64,000 nucleotides of DNA from Candidatus Poribacteria bacterium (GTDB taxonomy: Bacteria; Poribacteria; WGA-4E; WGA-3G), in assembly GCA_965214095.1 (NCBI GenBank), contig OZ243938.1, positions 3,744,001 through 3,808,000 of the forward strand, given 5' to 3'. The translations under genes and the position numbers were made by a program. The notes under the pieces were generated by a model. It ran no database searches, was not told the DNA's origin, and saw only the letters and a program-made list of their open reading frames with translations. Of this stretch, positions 37,910-47,241 are shown piece after piece (position 1 is the stretch's first letter; each line of letters opens with the position of its first letter).

Positions 37910-38073
37910 TATAGTAAATCATAATTATTTACACACTACGGTAGGTTCGGTTTCCTAACCGAACCGGTGTATGTTCAGTGTTATAGTCAAGCAGAATGCG
38001 CGTATGGCATTCTGCATTGGTTAGGAAACCGCATCTACCGTGGAGTGTGCACGTATTTTTACATTTCACTATA
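37910..38073. mobile_element. MITE-like element with TATAGT...ACTATA ends, inverted REP pair and a hairpin insert
   Basis: Near-identical to the reverse complement of 41401-41538 apart from a ~30-nt insert GCAGAATGC-N7-GCATTCTGC. Confidence 0.75.
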
Positions 38074-38255
38074 AGTTGTTATTGTAGATTTATCCTGTTT
38101 CTATTCATACATTACGTCATTTAAACTTGAATTCTTTATGTGTTTAATAGTAACATATAGACATTATCACACGTATTCTTTAAAGAGTCAACATTGCTAA
38201 TGACATAGAATTACATTCATACATCTTATTGCAAATTACATTAGGAGCATACATC

Positions 38256-39284
38256 TTGAAAAAGTCTGCATTGATTCAATCCCTAACAACACTAATTGTG
38301 TTGCTATTTTTTTCTACATTTCCAATGATAGTGACAGCACAAAACTATTACCCCGCAGAAATCGGTAATGAGTGGATCTTGGATAGCACTGACGGAAAAG
38401 AACGTCAAACGTACACACTTGAAGTACCTGAAGATGATGCCGATAGCCATCTTATCCTCCTAAAAATTGTAACTGAAAACCTTAACAATGACAAAGTTAT
38501 TGATACAGACAAATACTTTTTGACAGATGAACCTGATGGAATTAAACTTCACAAAACTATCCTAGAACAACAAGCTCTTAATATGAAAGAGACTGTTACT
38601 GCGAATTTTCAAACACCAGTAACATTCTTTCCAAAGGAATTAAAACTAGGGAACAAGTGGGATATCGCGGCAGACACAGAAGTCCTTAATCTTCCAATTA
38701 GAAGTACTACCAATTTAGAGGTGGTTGATTTTGAAAACATAGTAACCTCAGTTGGTACATTCCAGAACTGTGCAAAAATTGAGCTAAAATTGGAAGTAGA
38801 TTTTTTGACTGTTGAGATTAACATTGATCTATCATCAACATCATATCAATGGTTAGCACCCGGGGTAGGTCCTGTAAAGTTTCAGAATGACGATGGCGAT
38901 GTATATGAAATCACAAGTTTCAAAAGAAGTCCGCCTGAAATTATTGCCCAGAATCCTCCCGTATGGCAATCACTACCTCAAAATATTACTGTCACTGGAA
39001 CACGTCTCGGTGGAATTCTCAACGCCAAAATACTTGAAAATGTTGAAGATTTTGTGTCAGAGCCAGATAAATTATTGAATTTGGGAATAGTATCCGTATC
39101 TGGAAATATCGTTCCGCCGGGTGATGGAACAGGTTTCGCAACAAACCTACAACGAAAACAAGACCTATGGGTTGCTGGACGGTTTGAAAATGCCCCAATC
39201 ATAGGGACAATTAGACTTTTTGCAGAAAACAGCAAAGGTAGAACTGAACGAATTATTAATGTAACAATAAATACAAGTCAGTAG
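38256..39284 (+). CDS. Exported protein, paralog 1 (shared YYPxxxGNxW beta-rich domain plus unique C-terminus)
   Basis: SD AGGAG before TTG 38256; AQNYYPAEIGNEW, VGTFQNC, QWLAPGVGPVKF. Confidence 0.8.
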   Translation: MKKSALIQSLTTLIVLLFFSTFPMIVTAQNYYPAEIGNEWILDSTDGKERQTYTLEVPEDDADSHLILLKIVTENLNNDKVIDTDKYFLTDEPDGIKLHKTILEQQALNMKETVTANFQTPVTFFPKELKLGNKWDIAADTEVLNLPIRSTTNLEVVDFENIVTSVGTFQNCAKIELKLEVDFLTVEINIDLSSTSYQWLAPGVGPVKFQNDDGDVYEITSFKRSPPEIIAQNPPVWQSLPQNITVTGTRLGGILNAKILENVEDFVSEPDKLLNLGIVSVSGNIVPPGDGTGFATNLQRKQDLWVAGRFENAPIIGTIRLFAENSKGRTERIINVTINTSQ

Positions 39285-39308
39285 GTCGAATTATTTGGAA
39301 AAGCCACT

Positions 39309-39560
39309 ATGGTAAATTGGAAAGTGGTATTAATTGTTTTAGCCATCGCAATTTTACTAATGGCAATCGGAATGTGGTTAGGATACCGATACATATCAGA
39401 ACAAGATGATATCCACTATGAAGCACACAATATGAACGCTGTCGTAGGATACACTTTTGGCATTCGCATCCACTTGTTTGGAAATATCAGTCAATGTAAT
39501 GTCTATGACTTCTCACTTAAGTTTTATTTTGAAAAGGAGACAATATATGAAGATGATTAA
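39309..39560 (+). CDS. Possible small single-TM protein
   Basis: 83-aa ORF with hydrophobic N-terminus; weak SD; overlaps the next start. Confidence 0.35.
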   Translation: MVNWKVVLIVLAIAILLMAIGMWLGYRYISEQDDIHYEAHNMNAVVGYTFGIRIHLFGNISQCNVYDFSLKFYFEKETIYEDD

Positions 39561-41280
39561 CTACATATCATCGTTCAAAACTATTTTAGTGTTAACCCTA
39601 ATATGTGGTTTTGCACTCACCGCATCAGCACAAGATTATTATCCAACAGAAATCGGCAATACTTGGGTTTTCTTAAGTACCGATGGTGCTGAAAAACGCA
39701 CATATTCTATTGAAGAACCCGAAACTGATGAGGGTGAAGGTGTTTTTATCCTAAGAATCCTCACAGAAACCCTTGGCACAGAGGCAGTTGATAACGACGT
39801 TTATTTTATCTCTGATGATGCTGGCGACTTGAAGCTTCACCGAACAAGATTAGAAGAAGGCGCATTCGGTATTGCAGCCGCAATGCTTGATCCACCCGCG
39901 CTATTTTTCCCCGCAGATCTGCCGCTCGGACGCAAATGGGAACTCATTACCGTTACAGAACTAAACTTAGTCGGCACAGCAACGACAACAAGCACAATTG
40001 AAGTCGTTGAAATTAAGGATCTTGAAACTCCCCTTGGAACTATTAAGGACTGTGTCAAACTGGAAATAAGTAGAAAAATCGTCACAGCACTTACCACCCT
40101 TCGACAAACCTATTATCAATGGTTAGGACCTGACATAGGACCTGTCAAATTTCAAGACGATCAGGAAATAGTCTACGAAATCCAAAGTTATGACTTGGTT
40201 GAAGCAGCTGCTGAAGAACCTGAAACTCCTGAAGTGCCAGAAACTCCTGAAGTGCCAGAAACCCCAGAGGAACCTGTGGTGCCGGAAACCCCAGAGGAAC
40301 CTGTGGTGCCGGAAACCCCTGAAGAACCTGTGGTGCCGGAGATGCCAGAGGAACCGGAAGTAGCTGAATCCAGATTTAACATTCATCTTGCGTCAGGATT
40401 AAATCTCATCTCAATACCACTGATGCCAGAAGAGCCATACACTGCAAAATCTCTCGCTGAGAAATTAAGTGCAACGATTATCATCAGATTGGACGCAGAA
40501 AAACAAGCGTACGTCGGTTATTCAGCTGCAGAGGAAGGGGATGGATATGAGATAGATGGGAGTAGCGGATATATCGTAAATACGCCAGAAGGTGGAATGG
40601 CAACCTTCACAGGAACAGCATGGACAATGCAGTCAGAAGAAGCAGCTGCCGCACCAAAAGTTCCTACAATACAGAGTGCCTGGGCATTTGTCATCACAAG
40701 CAACTTGCAAGGCAAACAAGCAGAGGCATCCTACACAATGCTTGCTAAAAACCTACGTACAGGTGTTATAGCGAGTAAGAATGTCGAATCCGATAAAGGT
40801 CAAGTTTCGGCTGTGTGGGCGAACCTAAATCGCAAGAGTGTTATCCAAGTAAATGACAAAATTGAGTTCACACTCGTTGATGGAAAAGGCACTATCGTGT
40901 CCGGTCCCTACCAACGCGCCATAAATTCCTCAGATATAAACAATGCATATCTGAGCGTGCAGATGCGTGTCGGTGATGTCCATCTGAAGGAACCAATTCT
41001 TGCACAGAACTTCCCGAATCCGTTCAATCCAGAGACTTGGATCCCATTCCAACTGAATCGTGCAGCGAATGTAACAATCCAGATTTATGATGTTTCAGGT
41101 CATCCAGTGCGGACATTAAATCTCGGACATAAGTCAATCGGTTCATATATGACAACTTCAAACGCGGCTTATTGGGACGGCAAAAATAAGACGGGAGAAA
41201 CTGTGTCGAGTGGTGTATATTTCTATACACTACAAACAAACGATTTCTCTGCAACCCGCCGAATGGTCATACTGAAATAA
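39547..41280 (+). CDS. Exported protein, paralog 2, with Pro/Glu linker and C-terminal FlgD-Ig/T9SS-like sorting domain
   Basis: SD AAGGAG; AQDYYPTEIGNTW...QWLGPDIGPVKF; QNFPNPFNPETWIPFQL...YWDGKN..GE.VSSGVYFYTL...RRMVILK. Confidence 0.85.
   Translation: MKMINYISSFKTILVLTLICGFALTASAQDYYPTEIGNTWVFLSTDGAEKRTYSIEEPETDEGEGVFILRILTETLGTEAVDNDVYFISDDAGDLKLHRTRLEEGAFGIAAAMLDPPALFFPADLPLGRKWELITVTELNLVGTATTTSTIEVVEIKDLETPLGTIKDCVKLEISRKIVTALTTLRQTYYQWLGPDIGPVKFQDDQEIVYEIQSYDLVEAAAEEPETPEVPETPEVPETPEEPVVPETPEEPVVPETPEEPVVPEMPEEPEVAESRFNIHLASGLNLISIPLMPEEPYTAKSLAEKLSATIIIRLDAEKQAYVGYSAAEEGDGYEIDGSSGYIVNTPEGGMATFTGTAWTMQSEEAAAAPKVPTIQSAWAFVITSNLQGKQAEASYTMLAKNLRTGVIASKNVESDKGQVSAVWANLNRKSVIQVNDKIEFTLVDGKGTIVSGPYQRAINSSDINNAYLSVQMRVGDVHLKEPILAQNFPNPFNPETWIPFQLNRAANVTIQIYDVSGHPVRTLNLGHKSIGSYMTTSNAAYWDGKNKTGETVSSGVYFYTLQTNDFSATRRMVILK
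40213..40360 (+). repeat. Intragenic tandem repeats (18-bp ETPEVP x2, 27-bp ETPEEPVVP x3)
   Basis: GAAACTCCTGAAGTGCCA and GAAACCCCAGAGGAACCTGTGGTGCCG units read directly. Confidence 0.9.
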
Positions 41281-41298
41281 GCTGACAATGAACCTTGT

Positions 41299-41371
41299 AA
41301 AAACGCCTTGATACCACAAGCAATCTAATAACTTAATAGATCGCTTGAAATGTCAAAATCAAGGCGTTTTT
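41299..41371. terminator. Long two-stem hairpin after paralog 2 (terminator or stability element)
   Basis: Outer stem AAAAACGCCTTGAT/ATCAAGGCGTTTTT; inner stem CAAGCAATCTA/TAGATCGCTTG. Confidence 0.6.
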
Positions 41372-41400
41372 CTATGATATATAATCTTATAGACATCTAT

Positions 41401-41538
41401 TATAGTGAAATGTAAAAACACGTACACATTCCGCGGTAGATGTGGTTTCCTAACCGCATCTATAACACTGAACAAACACCGGTTCGGTTAGGAAACCGAA
41501 CCTACCGTAGTGTATAAATAATTATGGTTTTTACTATA
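41401..41538. mobile_element. MITE-like element, inverted copy of 37910-38073
   Basis: TATAGTGAAA...TTTTACTATA ends; GTAGATGTGGTTTCCTAACCGCATC and GGTTCGGTTAGGAAACCGAACCTAC hairpins. Confidence 0.75.
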
Positions 41539-41558
41539 AGATATGAAATAGACCGTTT

Positions 41559-41588
41559 GTAGTCGCGCAATTCATTGCGCCTCGGACA
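41559..41588 (+). repeat. REP family B
   Basis: GTAGTCGCGCAATTCATTGCGCCTCGGACA. Confidence 0.75.
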
Positions 41589-41652
41589 TGCCAACTCAAA
41601 AGGGTTATATTATATTCAATTGATATTATACCTTTTCAGTTGAGGAGAAAAA

Positions 41653-42492
41653 ATGAAAAGAAACAACATATCTGTATTTCTAATCGTTACCATATTCATC
41701 TTGGTCAACGTTGCTATCGCAAGTGCACAGATATATTATCCAACAGATCTTGGCAACGAGTGGGTATTGGAAAGCGAGGATAGAGCTGAAAGAATTACTT
41801 ACACAATTGAAGCATCTGAAGAAACCATCAACGATATTAATCTCTCACTACTGAAAATTCAGCATGAGACTGTAGGTACAGATTCAATCACGGCTGAGAG
41901 ATATTTTGTGGATTTTGACGAGGAAGGTATTAAACTTTATAAATATGAAGTGGAACTCGGTGACCCTTTCGGAGTCGCAACTGGCTTATTATACCCACCG
42001 ATCCTCTTTTACCCGTTGACTCTGGAAGTCGGTGACACATGGGAATTTTCAACTGAAACAGAAGTCATCTTAGTCGGACCGGTCCTATTCACAAGTATCA
42101 GTAAAGTTGTTGACAAAGAAGATGTTGAAACACCTGCGGGGATATTTAAAGATTGTCCAAAAATTACGATACGCACAATAAATGAGATTGCGTTATCAAG
42201 AACGCGTTCAACTTCTCACCTGTGGCTTGCTCCGGACTTCGGTCCAGTCAAATTTGAGAATAGTCAAGATATCGTTTATACATTAGTTAGCTCCAACCTG
42301 CTGCCAAATATCTCAGACTATGATGTGACAGGAGATGGTGTCATCAACATCTTAGACCTCGTATATGTAGCTGCTCGCTTCGGTGAGGATACTGATGAAG
42401 GGGATGTTAACAACGATGGGAAGGTTAATATTCTGGATTTAACGCTAGTCGCCAAGTATTTCGGAAAAGAAACCGATGCAGAATCAGACTAA
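41653..42492 (+). CDS. Exported protein, paralog 3, with C-terminal dockerin type I domain
   Basis: AQIYYPTDLGNEW...TPAGIFKDC...WLAPDFGPVKF; DVTGDGVINILDL and DVNNDGKVNILDL. Confidence 0.85.
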   Translation: MKRNNISVFLIVTIFILVNVAIASAQIYYPTDLGNEWVLESEDRAERITYTIEASEETINDINLSLLKIQHETVGTDSITAERYFVDFDEEGIKLYKYEVELGDPFGVATGLLYPPILFYPLTLEVGDTWEFSTETEVILVGPVLFTSISKVVDKEDVETPAGIFKDCPKITIRTINEIALSRTRSTSHLWLAPDFGPVKFENSQDIVYTLVSSNLLPNISDYDVTGDGVINILDLVYVAARFGEDTDEGDVNNDGKVNILDLTLVAKYFGKETDAESD

Positions 42493-42496
42493 TATT

Positions 42497-44092
42497 CTAT
42501 AATCTCCGCTGTTGCATTTCGTTCGCTTCAAGCGTCTCCTCAAACCATTGACTGTCTTCAATAGTCTTGCATTCTACATCTAACTGTAAATGTGCTTGCC
42601 AAGAGAATTTGAGCGGTGAATCACCACTATTATAGAAGATTACTTCAACCTTTTCTTCCTCATCAACTATAGGTCTTACCAAAGAAAGTAGAGTTGATGG
42701 ATTCTGATTCGTCCCATCTTCCTTTCTAATTGTAATTAACGGGGAGACCTTACCCAAGATCTCGCGAGAGCCAAGAATTAGAGGACCATAGCAAGCGGTG
42801 ACTGCACCTTGTCCCCAATTACGACCATGTCCCGCTGCAACGGAACAAACCGCACCACCCATATCCGCATGTTCTCTGCCACCTCGTAGGACGCGCCGTG
42901 CCATAGTCAGACGCGTTGCGGCATTTTTCAAGGCACGTAACGCATATCCAATTTCTCCTGTTATCTGATATGCAAGCGTTAGTGTCGCAGTTGTTGGTTC
43001 CTGAATCGGTTTCACAGAACCATCATCCGACCATTCACCCCAATAAGCCATATCCGCGCGTTTACCGACACCCGGTTCTCTGCGACGGTATTGCTCAGGA
43101 AATACAAGGGCAAGTAGTTCAGGTGGAGTAGATGGAAGCTGATGCAAACCTTCTACTATAGCATCATCATAACATGTATCGTTAAATATCCAACGATAAT
43201 AACTCAAGGCTGCGGCTGCAGGATCATTAAATGGATCGTTCAGTGATGGGATAAGTGGTTCAACAATACGTTTCGCAGCAGATTGAAAAATCTCATCTCC
43301 CGACAAGAGAAACAAGTCACCCAACGCATAGATGGCACCAGATGCAAGTAGAACTTCAATCCCTGCCAAAGGATCACCCGGTATGTGATGTGAACTCGCG
43401 ACTAATCGGTGTAGATTCTTTGTGTTAACCTCTTCTTCACTCAAACCGTTTCCATCCAAATCCCACAACAACGGCATCGGATTCGGTGCTTCAATGATAC
43501 GTTCAGCACGTTTTCGTCCATAGCGCAATCCCCACTCTACATATCGCTTCTCTCCAGAATAACGATATGCCGCAAGGGCAATGTGAATAAAACGGAAGTG
43601 TTCCGCAAGTTGATATGCGTTCCTGTCATCGTTCTCAACATATTCCGTGCCGATATTATACCCGATAAAGACATCGCGTGTATAGTCGTACCACGGTGGC
43701 ACATCCGGCACCCAATTGCCGATATGTTCGGCAGCATCTGTTAGGAGTGCTATCGTTTCAGAATCATCAGGTTTGAGACCGATATAACGAGGTAGGAAAA
43801 GCAGGAAAGGTTCAGGTCCGTGGTGTGCTTCTGCTTTCGGCTCATACCCATGCACACAATCACGTTCTATCCAACCAGCGAGTTCAGATTTGAGCACATC
43901 AAAGTGTCGCAGAACGGTCGGATCACCAGTGATTAAATAGTGTGGAAACCAAGAGAGTGCGTAGTTTGCCTCATCCTCACCACCCTTGTTTGGTCCAGGT
44001 GGGTCGAGAAGCATGCTCTGTTGAAGCCAACGTCCCATCTCAGATCTCAGGGAATCGAAAGCGTTGTAACATTTGTGGATTTCATATTTCAT
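42497..44092 (-). CDS. Hypothetical protein (probable alpha/alpha-barrel enzyme)
   Basis: 531-aa ORF; repeated Y/F-xx-TG/SG-D/E motifs; ATGA overlap with the upstream epimerase. Confidence 0.7.
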   Translation of the reverse strand: MKYEIHKCYNAFDSLRSEMGRWLQQSMLLDPPGPNKGGEDEANYALSWFPHYLITGDPTVLRHFDVLKSELAGWIERDCVHGYEPKAEAHHGPEPFLLFLPRYIGLKPDDSETIALLTDAAEHIGNWVPDVPPWYDYTRDVFIGYNIGTEYVENDDRNAYQLAEHFRFIHIALAAYRYSGEKRYVEWGLRYGRKRAERIIEAPNPMPLLWDLDGNGLSEEEVNTKNLHRLVASSHHIPGDPLAGIEVLLASGAIYALGDLFLLSGDEIFQSAAKRIVEPLIPSLNDPFNDPAAAALSYYRWIFNDTCYDDAIVEGLHQLPSTPPELLALVFPEQYRRREPGVGKRADMAYWGEWSDDGSVKPIQEPTTATLTLAYQITGEIGYALRALKNAATRLTMARRVLRGGREHADMGGAVCSVAAGHGRNWGQGAVTACYGPLILGSREILGKVSPLITIRKEDGTNQNPSTLLSLVRPIVDEEEKVEVIFYNSGDSPLKFSWQAHLQLDVECKTIEDSQWFEETLEANEMQQRRL

Positions 44093-44898
44093 AATAGAGT
44101 ATTCAAAAAGTCAATGCTCTTGCTTGCGATGGTCTTTGGATCTGGTTTGAAATCAAACACCTCTGTTGAGAGATAACCGCTATAGTCAATTTCTTTCAAC
44201 GCGTCAATTATCGGCTGGTAATCCACATTTCCAGAACCGGGCAGATAACCATTATCGTCATTGGAGTGGAAATGAGCAACGTGTTTGGCACAGTTACGAA
44301 TCTGTGTCGGCATATCCAATCCTTCTTTAGCCGTACTACACACATCCAAAATCATCTGAAAGTTAGGATGATTCACTGCCTCAACCATTTCAACCGCTTT
44401 GTCAGGATGTGAGATAAAATTTGTTTGATCACTGGATAACGGTTCCATGCACAATATGACACCTCTTTCACCAGCAAGTTCCGCGCCTGCCGTAAAGGTA
44501 TCCTGTGCATAACCCCAAGCTTGTTCAAAACTGAGGGGTTCCATAACGTTCCGTTGTTGCGGAGAACCAAAAACCAATATCTTGCCATCCAAATCCGCAC
44601 AGAGATTGATAAGAGCAAGTAAGTAGTCTCTCGTTTCGTTCCGGATGTCTTCTTCAGGATGGTTGATGTAGAGTCCTGGTGGCGACACAAGCAGCCAATG
44701 CAGTCCAGCAATTTCTATCTTAGCATCTTGAGCAGCCTTTCGTATCTGTGTTCGTTCTGTTTCACTGATATCCAAAACAGAATCTGCCAATGTAAAAGGA
44801 GCTATTTCAACCGCATCATAACCCAATTCTGCAGCGTAAGTGAATACATCTTCTATCTTCCAATTTTCAAACATTTCGTTGCATATCGCAAGTTTCAT
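44089..44898 (-). CDS. Sugar phosphate isomerase/epimerase (xylose isomerase-like TIM barrel)
   Basis: GYDAVEIAP, VFGSP, CMEPL, HFHSND, PGSG, GYLSTE. Confidence 0.9.
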   Translation of the reverse strand: MKLAICNEMFENWKIEDVFTYAAELGYDAVEIAPFTLADSVLDISETERTQIRKAAQDAKIEIAGLHWLLVSPPGLYINHPEEDIRNETRDYLLALINLCADLDGKILVFGSPQQRNVMEPLSFEQAWGYAQDTFTAGAELAGERGVILCMEPLSSDQTNFISHPDKAVEMVEAVNHPNFQMILDVCSTAKEGLDMPTQIRNCAKHVAHFHSNDDNGYLPGSGNVDYQPIIDALKEIDYSGYLSTEVFDFKPDPKTIASKSIDFLNTLL

Positions 44899-44927
44899 TC
44901 TTATCTCCATTCCAATTTTTTTTATGA

Positions 44928-44956
44928 ATTCTACTTGATTATTGGAATTTTGTCAA
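44928..44956 (-). promoter_or_regulatory. Sigma70-type promoter
   Basis: Minus strand TTGACA-17 nt-TAGAAT. Confidence 0.65.
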
Positions 44957-45125
44957 GTTCTTGCTTTCACTCCTATAGATTCTATAGAAGTTGCTGGAAG
45001 GCTAAATTTGTAATTCTAATACTAATCTGATATACTTATATTATCTGGTTTTAGACTATATCCAATTACGCCTTTTAACTCCAAGATATCAATAGATTAA
45101 CACAGCAGTTGGTGCGTGAACAATC

Positions 45126-46058
45126 ATGAATACAGACACATTAACTAATACAATTATCGTTGCAGATGCAACGAAGGTATTACCTAAACTCATCAAGGCA
45201 AAAAAGCAATACGATGTGATTATTGCCGATCCACCATACAACATTGGCAAAGACTTTGGGGATCACACTGAAGTCATGCCGATTGACGATTATGTTGAGT
45301 GGACGGAAGCATGGATAAAGGAATGTCTTCAACTATTGACAGATGACGGTTTGCTTTACTTGTATGGATTTCCAGAAATTATTGCAAGAATATCGGTGCA
45401 TTTCCCTATTCACGAGCAACGCTGGCTGGTATGGCACTATACTAATAAAACGGTACCTTCATTGAAATTCTGGCAAAGGTCACACGAAACGATATTATGT
45501 CTTTGGAAACCGAATACACCTCGCACTGATTTGGAAATAGACCAAATCAGGGAACCGTATACCAAAAGTTTCCTAAAGAACGCAGCAGGTAAAGTACGAA
45601 AGGACACGCCTTCGCGGTACGGATCAGTTGGAAAAACGACAATCTATAATGCACACAAGAACGGTGCCTTACCGAGAGATGTTATAAAAATTCCTGCCTT
45701 AGCGGGTGGTGCAGGTCGATCTGAAAGATGGTTTCTTTGTAAGACGTGCGGTTCTCAGGTTTATCCTCCTGCCGAACTATCTGTACATCGTGAACACGAT
45801 ATATTAAAGCATCCCACTCAAAAACCGATGGAATTAACGAGACGACTCATCTTGTCTCGTATCAATGGAAATAACGGTAAGGTACTTATTCCATTTGCAG
45901 GCTCTGGTTCAGAGTGTGTTGTAGCACAGACACTGGGGATTGAATTTCTTGGTATAGAGATAAACCCTGAGTTTTCAGACTTTGCTGAAAAATGGATTGA
46001 ATATGAACGTGAAAATTCACCAAAGATGTTGCTCTTTGGAGACATAAATGAAATATGA
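45126..46058 (+). CDS. Orphan N4/N6 DNA methyltransferase (beta class)
   Basis: IADPPYNIGKDF precedes HPTQKP and PFAGSGS, GIEIN; no adjacent nuclease gene. Confidence 0.9.
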   Translation: MNTDTLTNTIIVADATKVLPKLIKAKKQYDVIIADPPYNIGKDFGDHTEVMPIDDYVEWTEAWIKECLQLLTDDGLLYLYGFPEIIARISVHFPIHEQRWLVWHYTNKTVPSLKFWQRSHETILCLWKPNTPRTDLEIDQIREPYTKSFLKNAAGKVRKDTPSRYGSVGKTTIYNAHKNGALPRDVIKIPALAGGAGRSERWFLCKTCGSQVYPPAELSVHREHDILKHPTQKPMELTRRLILSRINGNNGKVLIPFAGSGSECVVAQTLGIEFLGIEINPEFSDFAEKWIEYERENSPKMLLFGDINEI

Positions 46059-46225
46059 GAGAAAGATGTACAGGTTAGCAGTGAAATGGATTGGTTAATA
46101 CTTAATCGTACTATTGTATATGTAGGATCACTTAAGATTGAAGGTAAGAATTATAACTGTAATCCCCAAAATTTAAAATCCTTTCAATGAAGTCATAAAA
46201 CAACTTGACTACAACGAAATCTAAA

Positions 46226-47062
46226 CTAATCCATCAATGCCCCACCCGCAACAGGAATAGACAACCCCGTCAAATACGCAGCTTCATCCGAAGCAAGAAA
46301 CGCTGCCATCTTCGCAACATCCGCACCCGTTGCAAGTCGTCCTAACGGTACAGACTGCTCAGATCGCTGAACAAATTCTGCACGTTGTTCCTCAGCAGAA
46401 AGGTCTTTTGACATAAGTGCTGATGCCAAATGCGACACACGTTCTGTATCTACAAGACTCGGACACAACGCATTGACATTAATCTGATAAGGTGCAAGTT
46501 CGTGTGCTAAGGATTGCGTCAATCCGATGACTGCGAATTTTGATGCACTATATGCACCATAACTTGCCGCACCTTGTTTTCCTCTAAGTGATGAAAGATT
46601 GATTATTTTTCCACCAGTTCCTTGTGCAATAAGATGACGCGCCACCGCTCGACAGCAGAGAAACACACCTTTCACATTCACACGCTGCACTCTATCCCAG
46701 TCCTCTTCGGTAAGGTCAACCACAGGAACACGATCCTTTCCGGCTTTTGTTCCAGCATTGTTGACAAGGATATCAATGCTACCGAAATGAGAAACGGTCT
46801 TATCCACCATCTTCTCTACCTGCTTTGCATCCGAAACATCAGCGACAACACTAATTGCCCGCCGGTTCATCGCTTCTATTTCCGTAACAACATCCGATAA
46901 ACCACCCCAAGCCGTATCATCAGCAGCATAAGGATTTTCAGCGATATCGTTGACAGCAACATCTGCCCCTTCCTTAGCTAAACGCAATGCGATAGCGCGT
47001 CCGATGCCGTTCCTGCCTCCCGACCCTGTAACCAATGCCACTTTGCCGTTTAGATTATACAT
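46226..47062 (-). CDS. SDR family oxidoreductase
   Basis: TGSGGRNGIG, NNAG, YSASK. Confidence 0.92.
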   Translation of the reverse strand: MYNLNGKVALVTGSGGRNGIGRAIALRLAKEGADVAVNDIAENPYAADDTAWGGLSDVVTEIEAMNRRAISVVADVSDAKQVEKMVDKTVSHFGSIDILVNNAGTKAGKDRVPVVDLTEEDWDRVQRVNVKGVFLCCRAVARHLIAQGTGGKIINLSSLRGKQGAASYGAYSASKFAVIGLTQSLAHELAPYQINVNALCPSLVDTERVSHLASALMSKDLSAEEQRAEFVQRSEQSVPLGRLATGADVAKMAAFLASDEAAYLTGLSIPVAGGALMD

Positions 47063-47130
47063 TGGGAGAGCAACTCCTTATCATTAAACCGTTTCTACAT
47101 GATTACCTTTAGATGCCATAAAACTGGTTC

Positions 47131-47199
47131 GCAGTCGCGCAATTCATTGCGCCTCGGACATTCAAGTTCAAATGAGAAAATCATTAATAGAATTGGTAT
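47131..47199 (+). repeat. REP family B with MITE end
   Basis: GCAGTCGCGCAATTCATTGCGCCTCGGACA ... GAATTGGTAT. Confidence 0.7.
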
Positions 47200-47241
47200 C
47201 ACATAGAAGTAGAAGGGAATACGGATAGGAAAACAAATGAT

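Noticed and set aside
40213-40360. Tandem repeats as CRISPR or non-coding VNTR
   Set aside because: In-frame Pro/Glu linker without unique spacers.
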